From Burkholderiaceae bacterium (GTDB taxonomy: Bacteria > Pseudomonadota > Gammaproteobacteria > Burkholderiales > Burkholderiaceae_E): DNA of 64,000 nucleotides. Below are positions 1-8,510 of this stretch, one piece after another. Position 1 is the first letter of the stretch. Each line of letters opens with the position of its first letter. Location: the NCBI GenBank assembly GCA_045106815.1, contig JBGCFG010000005.1, positions 30,507-94,506 of the forward strand, in the 5' to 3' direction. Under the pieces are notes generated by a model. The model was not told where the DNA came from. It ran no database searches and saw only the letters and a list, made by a program, of their open reading frames with translations. The translations under genes were made by a program, and so were the position numbers.

Positions 1-300
1 AATCAGATCCCGCAGGACGTTGATGATGCGGACACCTTTTAATAAAGCGTCTCCGCTTAGCGAGGGGTCAAGCAGGCGCAGTACGTCAGTGCGCTGCAAT
101 TGCGTTACCCAGTCGGCATACACATCAAGTTTGCCTGCGGCATAGATGCCGCCGATGAGTGCGCCGATCGAGCTGCCGGCAACATCATCGACCCCATAGC
201 CTTTTTCTTCGAGGCATCGGATAACCCCGATGTGGGTGAGTCCACGCGCACCGCCGCTACCGAGCACGAGCGATGTTGAGATTTTGTCGGTGTGAGTCAT
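1..300 (-). CDS. Patatin-like phospholipase (RssA-type); N-terminal part only, as the gene runs off the left edge
   Basis: Reverse translation from the ATG at 300..298 gives [56 protein letters not shown]... It carries the GGxRG oxyanion motif and the GxSxG lipase serine (GSSIG). The frame stays open to position 1. The ORF is absent from the supplied track because it is truncated. Confidence 0.8.
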   Translation of the reverse strand, partial: MTHTDKISTSLVLGSGGARGLTHIGVIRCLEEKGYGVDDVAGSSIGALIGGIYAAGKLDVYADWVTQLQRTDVLRLLDPSLSGDALLKGVRIINVLRDLI

Positions 301-659
301 GGGTGCCTATGCGCCAAAGCGTTGAACTCAAACTTGAGGAGGCTTTCAATAGTAAACCTCAAGGCCATATTCCGTTGTCACGGCAGTCTGATCTACCGAT
401 GCTTTTTAGCAAGCGCTTGCAGTAAAAGAGCCAACAGAATTTGGCCGATCGCAGCCGCAATGTGGTTCAATGATTAAAAGAGATTTGAGATTTCAATTGA
501 GGTCTTACAACAGGGGTCTTTGATGACAATCAGGACGAATCCGATGACAACGGTTTCCTGTGGTTCATTTGATTGCACCGGCCACGCCCATCGCGTCAGC
601 CGGATGCATGGGTTGCAACGACGCGGGGTGAAGCGCCCTGCCACCATGCAGGATCATCG

Positions 660-1619
660 ATGAGCGGCCTGGTATTTGGCATTGTCTCGGCCATCCATTC
701 CCCCGCAACAGTCACACAACTGTGCGAGTCGCTGGCGCCCCACCGTGTCGTCATTCATCATGACCCGAGTCAGCAGCCCGAGTTCGCAATTGATTTACCC
801 CATGTGAGCTTCGTGCCAAATCCAAAGCAAACGGGCTGGAACAGCTTTCATTTCACTGAAGGGCTGTTTCACTTGTTGGATCATTGTCTTCAGCAACCGG
901 AGATGGCGTACTTCCAACTGCTGACGCCAACCTGTCTACCTATCAAACCACTGTCCGAGTTTGAGTTCGCCCTCAACCAAAGCCCTGCCGATGCCCATTG
1001 CGAAGGGATCGATTTATTCGACGACAAGCAGGCTTTAGTCAATTTTGGGTATCGCACATTTGTGCCTGACCAATCAATCGCAATGCGGGCTTTGTACAAA
1101 GCGTCAGCGCACTACTTTGGTCAGTCCGGTCGTGAGCGAATGCAGGCCGGCCTGAGCGTCCGAACGGGCGCGTCTCCGTCAAGCCTTAACCATCTGATCG
1201 AGAACCTGAACCACCTGGCTAAACGCGGCTGGTTCTGTCGCCACCCGTTCACCGATGACTTCCGGCCATATATGGGCAGCACATGGTTTGGTGCGCACCG
1301 CGATGCTGCGCAGTGGCTGCTCACGCAGTTTCGAGAGGATCCGCGTGTTGATTACTTCAGAAATATCTCGTTCCCCGAAGAATTGCTTATCAGCACACTT
1401 TTGCACAACTCCCCGTTTGAGCTGGCGCCGGCCCATCATGAAATTCTCGCGTTCGACCATGCCAGACCGCTTGATTTGACCGTACAAGACCTTGACGACC
1501 TAAAGAAAAGCTGCAGATTTTTCGGCCGAAAGTTTGCAGACGACCCGGGTGATCCGGCTCGCCGTGAAGTCTTGAAGCTAATCAAAGAATCTGAGGTGTG
1601 CTTAACCGTGGCTGGCTAG
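660..1619 (+). CDS. Glycosyltransferase family 14-like (core-2/I-branching enzyme fold) protein
   Basis: The track ORF is 573..1619 with a TTG start; the first ATG is at 660 (MSGLVFGIV). The motif order VVIHHD / GWNSFHFTEG / YFQLLTPTCLP / GSTWFGAHRDAAQWL / PEELLISTLLHNSPF matches my memory of bacterial PF02485 members. This is recall-based only. Confidence 0.5.
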   Translation: MSGLVFGIVSAIHSPATVTQLCESLAPHRVVIHHDPSQQPEFAIDLPHVSFVPNPKQTGWNSFHFTEGLFHLLDHCLQQPEMAYFQLLTPTCLPIKPLSEFEFALNQSPADAHCEGIDLFDDKQALVNFGYRTFVPDQSIAMRALYKASAHYFGQSGRERMQAGLSVRTGASPSSLNHLIENLNHLAKRGWFCRHPFTDDFRPYMGSTWFGAHRDAAQWLLTQFREDPRVDYFRNISFPEELLISTLLHNSPFELAPAHHEILAFDHARPLDLTVQDLDDLKKSCRFFGRKFADDPGDPARREVLKLIKESEVCLTVAG

Positions 1620-1629
1620 CTGAGCCAGG

Positions 1630-2058
1630 CTAGCGTCGCGCGTTGGGACATTTTGGCTTGGTGCAATTGCCATAAAGCGATAGCGCATGATCGGCCAACT
1701 CAAATCCGTGGGCTTTGGCAATCTTTTTTTGGCTTTGCTCAATGGCGGCGTCAAAAAACTCCTCGACCTTGCCGCACTGAAGACACACCAAGTGATCGTG
1801 ATGCTCACCTTCATCCAACTCAAAGATCGCTTTGCCGCCCTCAAACATATTGCGTTTGAGCAGTCCGGCCTGCTCAAATTGTGTGAGCACTCGATATACC
1901 GTTGCCAGGCCGATGTCTTCGCCCTTATCCAGGAGGAGTTTGAAGACATCTTCGGCTGTCAGGTGTCGATCTTTGCTCTTTTCAAAGACCTCTAAAACCT
2001 TCAATCTCGGCAGAGTCGCTTTTAGGCCTGCATTCTTTAAATCGCCGGAGGTTGGCAT
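1630..2058 (-). CDS. fur: Ferric uptake regulator Fur
   Basis: MPTSGDLKNAGLKATLPRLKVLEVFEKS..HLTAEDVFKLLL..GLATVYRVLTQFEQAGLL...HHDHLVCLQCGKVEEF is a typical Fur winged helix plus HHDH and CxxC metal sites. The track ORF extends to 2148, but the ATG at 2058 gives the canonical N-terminus. Confidence 0.9.
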   Translation of the reverse strand: MPTSGDLKNAGLKATLPRLKVLEVFEKSKDRHLTAEDVFKLLLDKGEDIGLATVYRVLTQFEQAGLLKRNMFEGGKAIFELDEGEHHDHLVCLQCGKVEEFFDAAIEQSQKKIAKAHGFELADHALSLYGNCTKPKCPNARR

Positions 2059-2244
2059 CGGTGAAATCTCGCTGATCGGATTAGCCAGCAGTTTACCCGC
2101 AAAGCATTGCCCCAAGCATTTGCAACAAACATTTCGAAGCATCGACAAGAATGGCTAGCCGTGCAGCAGGTACGTGATGTTCAGCCACTGCACGGCTCAG
2201 ACCTGACACATCCGAGGTTTATCCGCCTATAGCTGCTCTTATTT

Positions 2245-2275
2245 TTGAATACGAATCATTGTTATTACGCATTTT
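2245..2275. promoter_or_regulatory. Candidate Fur-type box in the fur/fbpA divergent region
   Basis: The sequence is TTGAATACGAATCATTGTTATTACGCATTTT. ACGAATCATTGTTAT resembles the ATAATCATTATC core of the classical Fur box. ATTACGCATT resembles the ATTCGCATTA element shared by the boxes at 6617 and 55093. Confidence 0.4.
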
Positions 2276-2365
2276 ATTATGGTACGCTCCTTGGCAGTGG
2301 TGCTGACGAGCATCCCGAGGCCGGCGAGCCACGCGGCATTAGTGTTACGGTGGTGCTGTCGGGTA

Positions 2366-2388
2366 TGATGATGAGACTTATTTCTATC
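2366..2388 (+). promoter_or_regulatory. Second degenerate Fur-type box upstream of fbpA
   Basis: In GATGATGAGACTTATTTCTATC, the segment ATGAGACTTATTTCTAT matches ATGAGACTCATTCGCAT (the spacer of the promoter at 55086..55114, read on the minus strand) at about 13 of 17 positions. Confidence 0.3.
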
Positions 2389-2559
2389 TAGTTTCTTGTT
2401 TAGCAATTTCGCCTACCTGAACGGTTTAGGCGCCTCACCGACAGCGAATTGCTCATTCTCTGTCAATTTTTCCGACAGTTTGCTTAGTCAACCTTGATTG
2501 GAACTTCCGAGGCGGTGCAACCGAGAGCGCAGATGGCAACAACTCAGGTAATTCAAATC

Positions 2560-3609
2560 ATGAAACTGTTCCCCAAATCCATTCTGAAAACGGCTGCCGT
2601 CGCCTTTGCGGCTGGTGCTTTCAATCTGCCCGCCGTTGCTGCCGATGAACTAAACCTCTATTCCTATCGACAACCGTTCCTAATCAAACCGCTGATTGAA
2701 GCCTTCACCGAGCAAACCGGAACCAAGGTCAATATTGTGTTTGCCAAAAAAGGGATGCTCGAGCGAATCAAGTCTGAGGGTGCGAATTCGCCGGCCGATC
2801 TGGTTCTGACTGCTGATATTGGCAGGCTCAAAGACATGGTTGACGCGGGTGTTCTGGCCCAAACAAACTCCGAGCAGCTCAATGAACGCGTCCCGGCTAA
2901 TCTGCGAGATCCACAAGGGCAGTGGTATGGCCTGACAACCCGCGCCCGGGTGTTGTTCGTCTCCAAAGACCGGATCGATGCCGACACTGGCTTTACTTAC
3001 GAGTCACTCGCTGACCCTGCCTATAAGGGCAAGATTTGCTCTCGGTCCGGCAAACACGTCTACAACGTTTCTTTAGTTGCATCCGTCATCGCCCATGCCG
3101 GCGAGGCAAAAGCACAAGAGTGGCTTGCAGGCCTCAAAGCTAACCTGGCTCGCAAACCTCAAGGCAATGATCGCGCGCAAGCAAAAGCGATCTACACCGG
3201 AGAGTGCGACATTGGTATTGGTAACACCTACTACTACGGCAAGATGGCGACCAATGACAAGAAGCCGGAGCAAAAACAGTGGGCCAATGCTATCCGTGTT
3301 GTCTTTCCCAACCAGGCTGATCGCGGCACACACGTGAACATCAGCGGCGCTGGCGTTTTAAAGGGTTCAGACAATAAGGCAGCGGCACTAAAACTGATTG
3401 AGTTTTTGAGCAGCGACAAAGCGCAAGAGATTTATGCGCAGCAAAATTTCGAGTACCCCGTCGTGGCGAACGTCAAAGCCGATGCGATTACCGCGAAGCT
3501 AGGCAGCTTTAAGGCAGACGAAATCAGTCTGGCAGAAGTAGCCAAGTATCGAGTTGCGGCATCGAAACTTGTCGACAAGGTCGGATTCGATCTTGGTCCC
3601 GATGATTAA
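2560..3609 (+). CDS. fbpA: Fe(3+) ABC transporter periplasmic substrate-binding protein (FbpA/AfuA family)
   Basis: The ATG at 2560 gives a signal peptide, MKLFPKSILKTAAVAFAAGAFNLPAVAA, followed by DELNLYSYRQP... The gene is followed by a double-domain permease and an ATPase, and it sits in a fur/bfd/bfr neighbourhood. Confidence 0.8.
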   Translation: MKLFPKSILKTAAVAFAAGAFNLPAVAADELNLYSYRQPFLIKPLIEAFTEQTGTKVNIVFAKKGMLERIKSEGANSPADLVLTADIGRLKDMVDAGVLAQTNSEQLNERVPANLRDPQGQWYGLTTRARVLFVSKDRIDADTGFTYESLADPAYKGKICSRSGKHVYNVSLVASVIAHAGEAKAQEWLAGLKANLARKPQGNDRAQAKAIYTGECDIGIGNTYYYGKMATNDKKPEQKQWANAIRVVFPNQADRGTHVNISGAGVLKGSDNKAAALKLIEFLSSDKAQEIYAQQNFEYPVVANVKADAITAKLGSFKADEISLAEVAKYRVAASKLVDKVGFDLGPDD

Positions 3610-3639
3610 GCCACAAGCCATTTTTTGCTTTTGAAGTCT

Positions 3640-3668
3640 GGCCGGCACCACCCGCCGGCCGTTTTCTA
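3640..3668 (+). terminator. Intra-operon hairpin/attenuator between fbpA and fbpB
   Basis: GGCCGGC-ACCACCC-GCCGGCC forms a 7-bp GC stem followed by GTTTTCTATT. It lies 31 nt after the fbpA stop. This arrangement is typical for expressing the binding protein in excess over the permease. Confidence 0.6.
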
Positions 3669-3680
3669 TTCCAGCCCATT

Positions 3681-5462
3681 TTGTCAGCGAACCTTTCTTC
3701 CAGCAGCCTGGTCAGTGATTTGTCACAGTCGACCGTCCGTTTGCCCAGTCGCGGCAAAGGATCGACGACGCGTCACGAGAAGGTAGTCGGGCAATCATTC
3801 TGGTCGAGCCAAAAGATCTGGTCCATTGGCACCCTTGTGATCTGCGCGATGGTCGCCTTGCCAGTGCTGACCGTACTGACCCTGACAGTTGGCAACAATG
3901 AAAACATCTGGTCGCACCTTGCCTCAACGGTGCTACCGCACTACCTGAAAACAACCGCGTTACTGATGCTGGGCGTGGGAGTAGGGACGTTTGTCATTGG
4001 CGTCAGTACCGCCTGGCTCACGGCCATGTGTCAATTCCCAGGCAAGCGGATCTTCGAATGGGCGCTGCTACTGCCGTTGGCCATGCCGGCTTATATCGTG
4101 GCCTTCGTCTATACCGATCTGCTGGAGTTTGCCGGGCCTGTTCAGTCGGGACTGCGCAGCCTGTTTGGCTGGCAAACAGGCGCCGATTACTGGTTTCCTG
4201 AGATTAGGTCACTTGGCGGCGCGATCGCCATGATGACTTTGACTCTGTATCCGTATGTCTACCTGCTCACCCGCGCGTCGTTTCTTGAGCAAAGCGTTTG
4301 CGTCATTGAAGTCAGCCGGACACTGGGCTGCACGCCGCTGCAGAGTTTTCGTCGTGTCGCTTTACCACTTGCGCGCCCCGCCATCGTCATCGGACTTGCG
4401 CTGGTGCTGATGGAGGCGCTTAACGATTTTGGTACGGTCGATTTCTTTGGTGTTCAAACCTTTACCGCCGGCATTTACGACGTGTGGCTCAACATGAACT
4501 CCGTGGCAGGCGCAGCGCAGTTGGCCACCGTGCTGCTGGCGTTTGTGATCGGCCTGATTGTCCTTGAGCGCTGGGCACGCGGTAAGCGGCAATACCAACA
4601 TACAACCAATCACATTCGGCGTCTGCCAAGTTACAAACTGAAGGGCGCCCGTGCACGCGGCGCCTTTATTGCGTGTCTTACCCCAATTGCATTGGGATTT
4701 GTTGTGCCAGCCTGGGTACTCCTGAACTACGCGTTGACACACTACGAAGCAACCCTTGAAGCTGACTACCTTGCCTACCTTGGCAATAGTTTGCTGCTGT
4801 CCGGCACTGCCGCGGTCATTGCGCTCGGTATCGGCCTGTTTTTGGCTTACAGCGTCCGGGTGGCAGGTTCGCCGTTCATTGCAGCCGCCAGCCGCTTCGC
4901 AGCCATTGGGTATGCAGTGCCAGGGGCGGTACTGGCTGTGGGGATTATGGTGCCGCTCGGCGCATTTGATAACAGCACCGATGCATTCTTTCGTAGCGCT
5001 TTCGGTATCTCAACAGGCCTGCTGCTCAGCGGTACATTGGTGGCAGTAACCTTTGGCTATGTCGTGCGTTTCGTGGCCTTAAGCTTTGGTGCAGCCGAGG
5101 CGAGCCTATCCAAAATCAGCCACTCCATGGACGGTGCTGCCCGCACACTGGGTGCCGGTCCGATGGGCACACTGCGTCGCCTCCACTTTCCCATCATTCG
5201 GGCAAGCCTCCTGGCGGGCACCATGCTTGTGTTTGTGGATGGCATGAAAGAGTTGCCCATGACGGTCATTTTGCGACCATTCAACTTCGAGACACTGGCG
5301 ACGTTTGTGCATCAGTACGCCTCGGATGAGTTGCTGGAAGAAGCCGCTCTGGGGGCCATTTCGATTGTGGGCGTGGGCATCATTCCCGTTATTCTGTTGA
5401 GTATTGGCATGCGCCTGTCCCGCCCCGGGCTTGGCAAGCATCGGGATATGGCGCGTTGCTAA
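3681..5462 (+). CDS. fbpB: Iron(III) ABC transporter permease, fused two-domain type (FbpB/AfuB family)
   Basis: This 593-aa polytopic protein has two MetI-like halves, each with an EAA-like loop (EVSRTLGCTPLQSFRRVALPLARP and MDGAARTLGAGPMGTLRRLHFPIIR). The start is uncertain: TTG at 3681, with another TTG at 3740. Confidence 0.8.
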   Translation: MSANLSSSSLVSDLSQSTVRLPSRGKGSTTRHEKVVGQSFWSSQKIWSIGTLVICAMVALPVLTVLTLTVGNNENIWSHLASTVLPHYLKTTALLMLGVGVGTFVIGVSTAWLTAMCQFPGKRIFEWALLLPLAMPAYIVAFVYTDLLEFAGPVQSGLRSLFGWQTGADYWFPEIRSLGGAIAMMTLTLYPYVYLLTRASFLEQSVCVIEVSRTLGCTPLQSFRRVALPLARPAIVIGLALVLMEALNDFGTVDFFGVQTFTAGIYDVWLNMNSVAGAAQLATVLLAFVIGLIVLERWARGKRQYQHTTNHIRRLPSYKLKGARARGAFIACLTPIALGFVVPAWVLLNYALTHYEATLEADYLAYLGNSLLLSGTAAVIALGIGLFLAYSVRVAGSPFIAAASRFAAIGYAVPGAVLAVGIMVPLGAFDNSTDAFFRSAFGISTGLLLSGTLVAVTFGYVVRFVALSFGAAEASLSKISHSMDGAARTLGAGPMGTLRRLHFPIIRASLLAGTMLVFVDGMKELPMTVILRPFNFETLATFVHQYASDELLEEAALGAISIVGVGIIPVILLSIGMRLSRPGLGKHRDMARC

Positions 5463-6496
5463 GCATTGAACACCTGAGTCACCATTATGGCGACCTGCAT
5501 GTCCTGCGCGACGTTTCTCTCTCGCTCGCCGAAGGAGAGCTCGTGTGTCTGCTGGGCCCGTCAGGTTGTGGCAAAACGACCCTGCTCCGAATCGCCGCCG
5601 GCATTGAGAATTGCCAATCAGGCGAAATACGCTTGGGCGGTGAAGTGGTGGCGGCGGGTCACCAAGCAGATGCCCCACCGGAGGCGCGCCATGTGGGCAT
5701 GATGTTTCAGGATTTCGCTCTGTTCCCGCATCTGACCAATCGCCAGAATATGATGTTTGGCGCCCGTACCGAAATCGCCGCACGCGCCCAATGGGTGGAA
5801 GCGACTGCTGCGCGGATGGGCGTGGGTGAGTACCTTGATCAATACCCGGGCACGCTGTCGGGCGGGCAACAGCAACGGGTTGCACTGATTCGAGCGCTCG
5901 CCCCGAACCCAAATGCATTGTTGCTTGATGAGCCCTTTTCCGGACTGGACACAGTGCGCCGCGCTGACGTTCGAGAACAGACTCGAACATTGATACAGGA
6001 GACTGGCATTGCCGCCCTGATGGTGACGCACGACCCAGAAGAGGCCATGTTTATGGCTGACCGGCTGGCCATCATGCATGAAGGGCAGATCATTCAGATT
6101 GGGTCGCCGGATGAGGTCTACTTTCGTCCCCACAACGCGTTTGTGGCGAGCCTGTTTGGCCCGCTAAACCGAATTCCCAAAGCACACCCCCTCGCACAGG
6201 GGCTGCCAGAATCCAGGCCCGGTTCGAGGGGAGCCCCGGGTGATCACGAGCCCGCGCCTGAGCTCCTGTTCAGACCAGACAATTTGATGGAAGTAGCAGC
6301 AGGCACCGTAGGCAGTTGCGCCGTTCACATCCATCAGGCCCGCCGGCTAGGCAGCGAAGTTCAGCTTCAACTCACCGCTGGCGAGAATGCTGATGCGCAT
6401 CGTATTCAAGCGCGCTGGCCTGCTATTGAGTTGCCACGGATGGGCACAACGATCCATGTCGCCATCCGACATCCGGAACAGGTGTTCATCTTCTGA
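5456..6496 (+). CDS. fbpC: Iron(III) ABC transporter ATP-binding protein
   Basis: It has Walker A GPSGCGKTT, signature LSGGQQQRV and Walker B LLLDEPFSGLD. The TTG start overlaps the fbpB stop. Confidence 0.85.
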   Translation: MLSIEHLSHHYGDLHVLRDVSLSLAEGELVCLLGPSGCGKTTLLRIAAGIENCQSGEIRLGGEVVAAGHQADAPPEARHVGMMFQDFALFPHLTNRQNMMFGARTEIAARAQWVEATAARMGVGEYLDQYPGTLSGGQQQRVALIRALAPNPNALLLDEPFSGLDTVRRADVREQTRTLIQETGIAALMVTHDPEEAMFMADRLAIMHEGQIIQIGSPDEVYFRPHNAFVASLFGPLNRIPKAHPLAQGLPESRPGSRGAPGDHEPAPELLFRPDNLMEVAAGTVGSCAVHIHQARRLGSEVQLQLTAGENADAHRIQARWPAIELPRMGTTIHVAIRHPEQVFIF

Positions 6497-6615
6497 TTGG
6501 CGAAAACAGCCACGTCTTCGCGCGACCCGCCTACTGCCTCTTCTGTGCCTGGGCATGAGGCATTTGACGCTGATCAATTTTGTGCGAAGTCGCACAGTGA
6601 TGAGCCCAAAGGTTC

Positions 6616-6644
6616 TTGCAAATAGGAATGATTCGCATTATTCT
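6616..6644 (+). promoter_or_regulatory. bfd promoter (TTGCAA-17 nt-TATTCT) with an embedded Fur-type operator TGCAAAT-N7-ATTCGCA
   Basis: The -35 TTGCAA is at 6616..6621, followed by the 17-nt spacer ATAGGAATGATTCGCAT and the -10 TATTCT at 6639..6644. AATGAT-TCG-CATTAT aligns with the classical Fur box AATGAT-AAT-CATTAT. The promoter lies 50 nt upstream of the bfd ATG. Confidence 0.6.
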
Positions 6645-6693
6645 AAAGCCTTGGTACAGCAATGAGCACTCGCTCTCTTCAAGGTAAACAAGC

Positions 6694-6885
6694 ATGATCG
6701 TTTGTGTCTGCAACGCAATATCTGACAGTGAAATAAAAGAGTGGGTAGCGCTGGGCGGCGACTCTCTCGAGCAACTGGAATCAGACCTGGGTTTGGGCAC
6801 CTGCTGCGGTCAGTGCCGTGATTGCGCGCAAGACCTCGTGTCATCCGAGGTAGCCATGAACACAATTCAGGTGTCTCGCTCCTAA
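6694..6885 (+). CDS. bfd: Bacterioferritin-associated ferredoxin (2Fe-2S)
   Basis: MIVCVCNAISDSEIKEW...LGTCCGQCRDC shows the CxC...CxxC BFD-like [2Fe-2S] motif. The gene lies directly upstream of bfr. Confidence 0.85.
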   Translation: MIVCVCNAISDSEIKEWVALGGDSLEQLESDLGLGTCCGQCRDCAQDLVSSEVAMNTIQVSRS

Positions 6886-7057
6886 CCTACAGCGGCACTG
6901 GCGTTCCAAAACAGTCAAGCCCTTGTGAGTCACTCGTTATGTCGCCACTAAGCTCGACGCCACCCGGTCCCCGGCTGCGCACTTACCGAGAATAAACACA
7001 AAACGCTCGTTAGCACGGCATACAATGCTGACTGCCTTTGACTGATCAGGAACCGAC

Positions 7058-7570
7058 ATGCCAGCCCGAAATGCCAAATCAAAAAGCGCCTTAAAAGGTG
7101 ACAAGAAAGTCCTCGACGCGCTCAATGCGCAACTGGCAAACGAACTAACCGCGATCAATCAATACTTCCTGCACGCCCGCATGTATCGCAACTGGGGGCT
7201 GGAGAAGCTCAACCAAAAAGAATATGAGGAGTCCATTGGCGAGATGAAGCATGCCGATTTGCTCATCGAGCGCATTCTCATGCTTGAAGGCCTGCCAAAC
7301 TTACAGCATCTGCACAAGCTGCTCATTGGCGAGAACACCGAAGAGATTCTAGGGTGCGACCTCAAAGTAGAAACCGCTGCACGCGAACACATTCGCAATG
7401 CCATCACGATCTGCGAAACGGCTAAAGACTTTGTCTCACGCGACTTGTTTCTAACAATTCTGGAAGATACTGAGGAACACATCGACTGGCTTGAAACGCA
7501 GATCGATCTGGTTGACCGAATCGGTATCCAGAACTACGAGCAGTCTATGATGGGTGAGCCAGAGGCATAA
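7058..7570 (+). CDS. bfr: Bacterioferritin
   Basis: The sequence reads [36 protein letters not shown]...[15 protein letters not shown] (heme-ligand Met)...[11 protein letters not shown] 12-residue basic extension, [12 protein letters not shown], precedes the canonical start, and there is no in-frame start codon closer. AGGAA lies 7-11 nt upstream of the ATG. Confidence 0.9.
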   Translation: MPARNAKSKSALKGDKKVLDALNAQLANELTAINQYFLHARMYRNWGLEKLNQKEYEESIGEMKHADLLIERILMLEGLPNLQHLHKLLIGENTEEILGCDLKVETAAREHIRNAITICETAKDFVSRDLFLTILEDTEEHIDWLETQIDLVDRIGIQNYEQSMMGEPEA

Positions 7571-7722
7571 GCGGGGTTCAGAACCCCAAGCAAGTCGTTA
7601 GTGCACGCCGTGAGTGCATCGGCCCTCGCCGCCGAACTACTTTGGTGCAAAGCGGTGATGTGACCTGAGAAGTGCTAGAGTCAGCTAAGTTTAATCAATT
7701 CGTTCACTTGGCTGACCTCATC

Positions 7723-7881
7723 ATGGCGCGATTCAAAACACCGTTGCTGACTGCAGCGCTAAGTTTTCTCTTTGCTTTTTCAACCGCATCGCTAACGCCA
7801 GCTGCGTTGGCGCATGATGACGGCGGCGGTGCTCAAGGCTGCCACAGCCATGAATCATCAGGCGAGCATCACTGCCACTAA
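7723..7881 (+). CDS. Small secreted His/Cys-rich peptide (52-aa precursor)
   Basis: MARFKTPLLTAALSFLFAFSTASLTPAALA | HDDGGGAQGCHSHESSGEHHCH. It has a classical Sec signal peptide with an A-L-A cleavage site. The 22-aa mature part has 6 His, 2 Cys and 4 acidic residues. There is no clear Shine-Dalgarno sequence. Confidence 0.5.
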   Translation: MARFKTPLLTAALSFLFAFSTASLTPAALAHDDGGGAQGCHSHESSGEHHCH

Positions 7882-7890
7882 GTGCCGGTT

Positions 7891-8481
7891 TTATCGGCTT
7901 GCGTGTTCTTCTACCGCAGCCTGATAGACTGAGCGAACAGGTTTGGCCATTACCCGGCGAACCATGGGTTCAAATGTCTCGATTGGTTCAGCCTTCAGGT
8001 TTGGATCGAATGCAGCGTTGTCGTACAGCTCTATGAATTCTGCCGTTCGATCGTAGTGCTCATGGCCGGCAAATTGATCGCGCATATTGCGATCAAGCCC
8101 GATGTAGTGAAAGAAGTTATAACCTTGAAAGATGCCGTGATTCTCAATCATCCAGAGATTGGCTTCACTAATGAACGGCTTCAAAATCGCCGCCGCAACG
8201 TCTGGGTGGTTGTATGACCCAAGCGTATCGCCGATGTCATGCAACAGCGCACAAACAACATATTCTTCATCTTTGCCATCTCTAAGCGCCAGTGTTGCCG
8301 TTTGCAGGCTGTGCGTGTAACGGTCAACCGCAAAACCACCAAAGTCACCGTCGAGCAGTTTCAAGTGCGCTAGGACTCTGTCGGGCAAGGCGGCAGCCAT
8401 TTTCATGGCCTCGGGCATGATGATGTTCCAGTCTTGCTGAGTCCCCTCATCCATGCGCGTGAACGCGGCGCGATCATTCAT
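7891..8481 (-). CDS. HD-domain protein of the PhnZ/MIOX-like (diiron oxygenase-type) family
   Basis: The HD signature is ...YTHSLQTA...CALLHDIGD...NHPDVAAA...ENHG...YDNAAFD. The size (196 aa) and the His/Asp spacing resemble PhnZ-like HD oxygenases. The substrate is unknown. Confidence 0.55.
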   Translation of the reverse strand: MNDRAAFTRMDEGTQQDWNIIMPEAMKMAAALPDRVLAHLKLLDGDFGGFAVDRYTHSLQTATLALRDGKDEEYVVCALLHDIGDTLGSYNHPDVAAAILKPFISEANLWMIENHGIFQGYNFFHYIGLDRNMRDQFAGHEHYDRTAEFIELYDNAAFDPNLKAEPIETFEPMVRRVMAKPVRSVYQAAVEEHASR

Positions 8482-8510
8482 GTTGTCTCTCCCTGTTCGT
8501 TAAGCGATTG

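Noticed and set aside
1630-2148. N-terminally extended versions of several track ORFs: fur to 2148, the DeoR gene from 20485, the PhyH gene to 20486, htpX to 45745, the EEP gene from 25442, the Ldh_2 gene from 13186 and topB from 50118.
   Set aside because: The extensions begin at TTG, GTG or upstream ATG codons and overlap neighbouring genes or intergenic promoters. Internal ATGs reproduce the canonical family N-termini or signal peptides.
5106-5990. Long antisense ORFs in the supplied track. Examples are 5106..5990(-) 294 aa, 9954..10628(+) 224 aa, 10915..11511(+) 198 aa, 13831..14568(-) 245 aa, 40454..41050(+) 198 aa and 60197..60949(+) 250 aa.
   Set aside because: Each lies entirely opposite a gene with unmistakable family motifs (fbpB/fbpC, metH, Ldh_2, ntrY, gyrB). 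Their composition is Arg/Ala/Pro/Ser-rich shadow-frame sequence. None has a recognisable motif or a ribosome-binding site.
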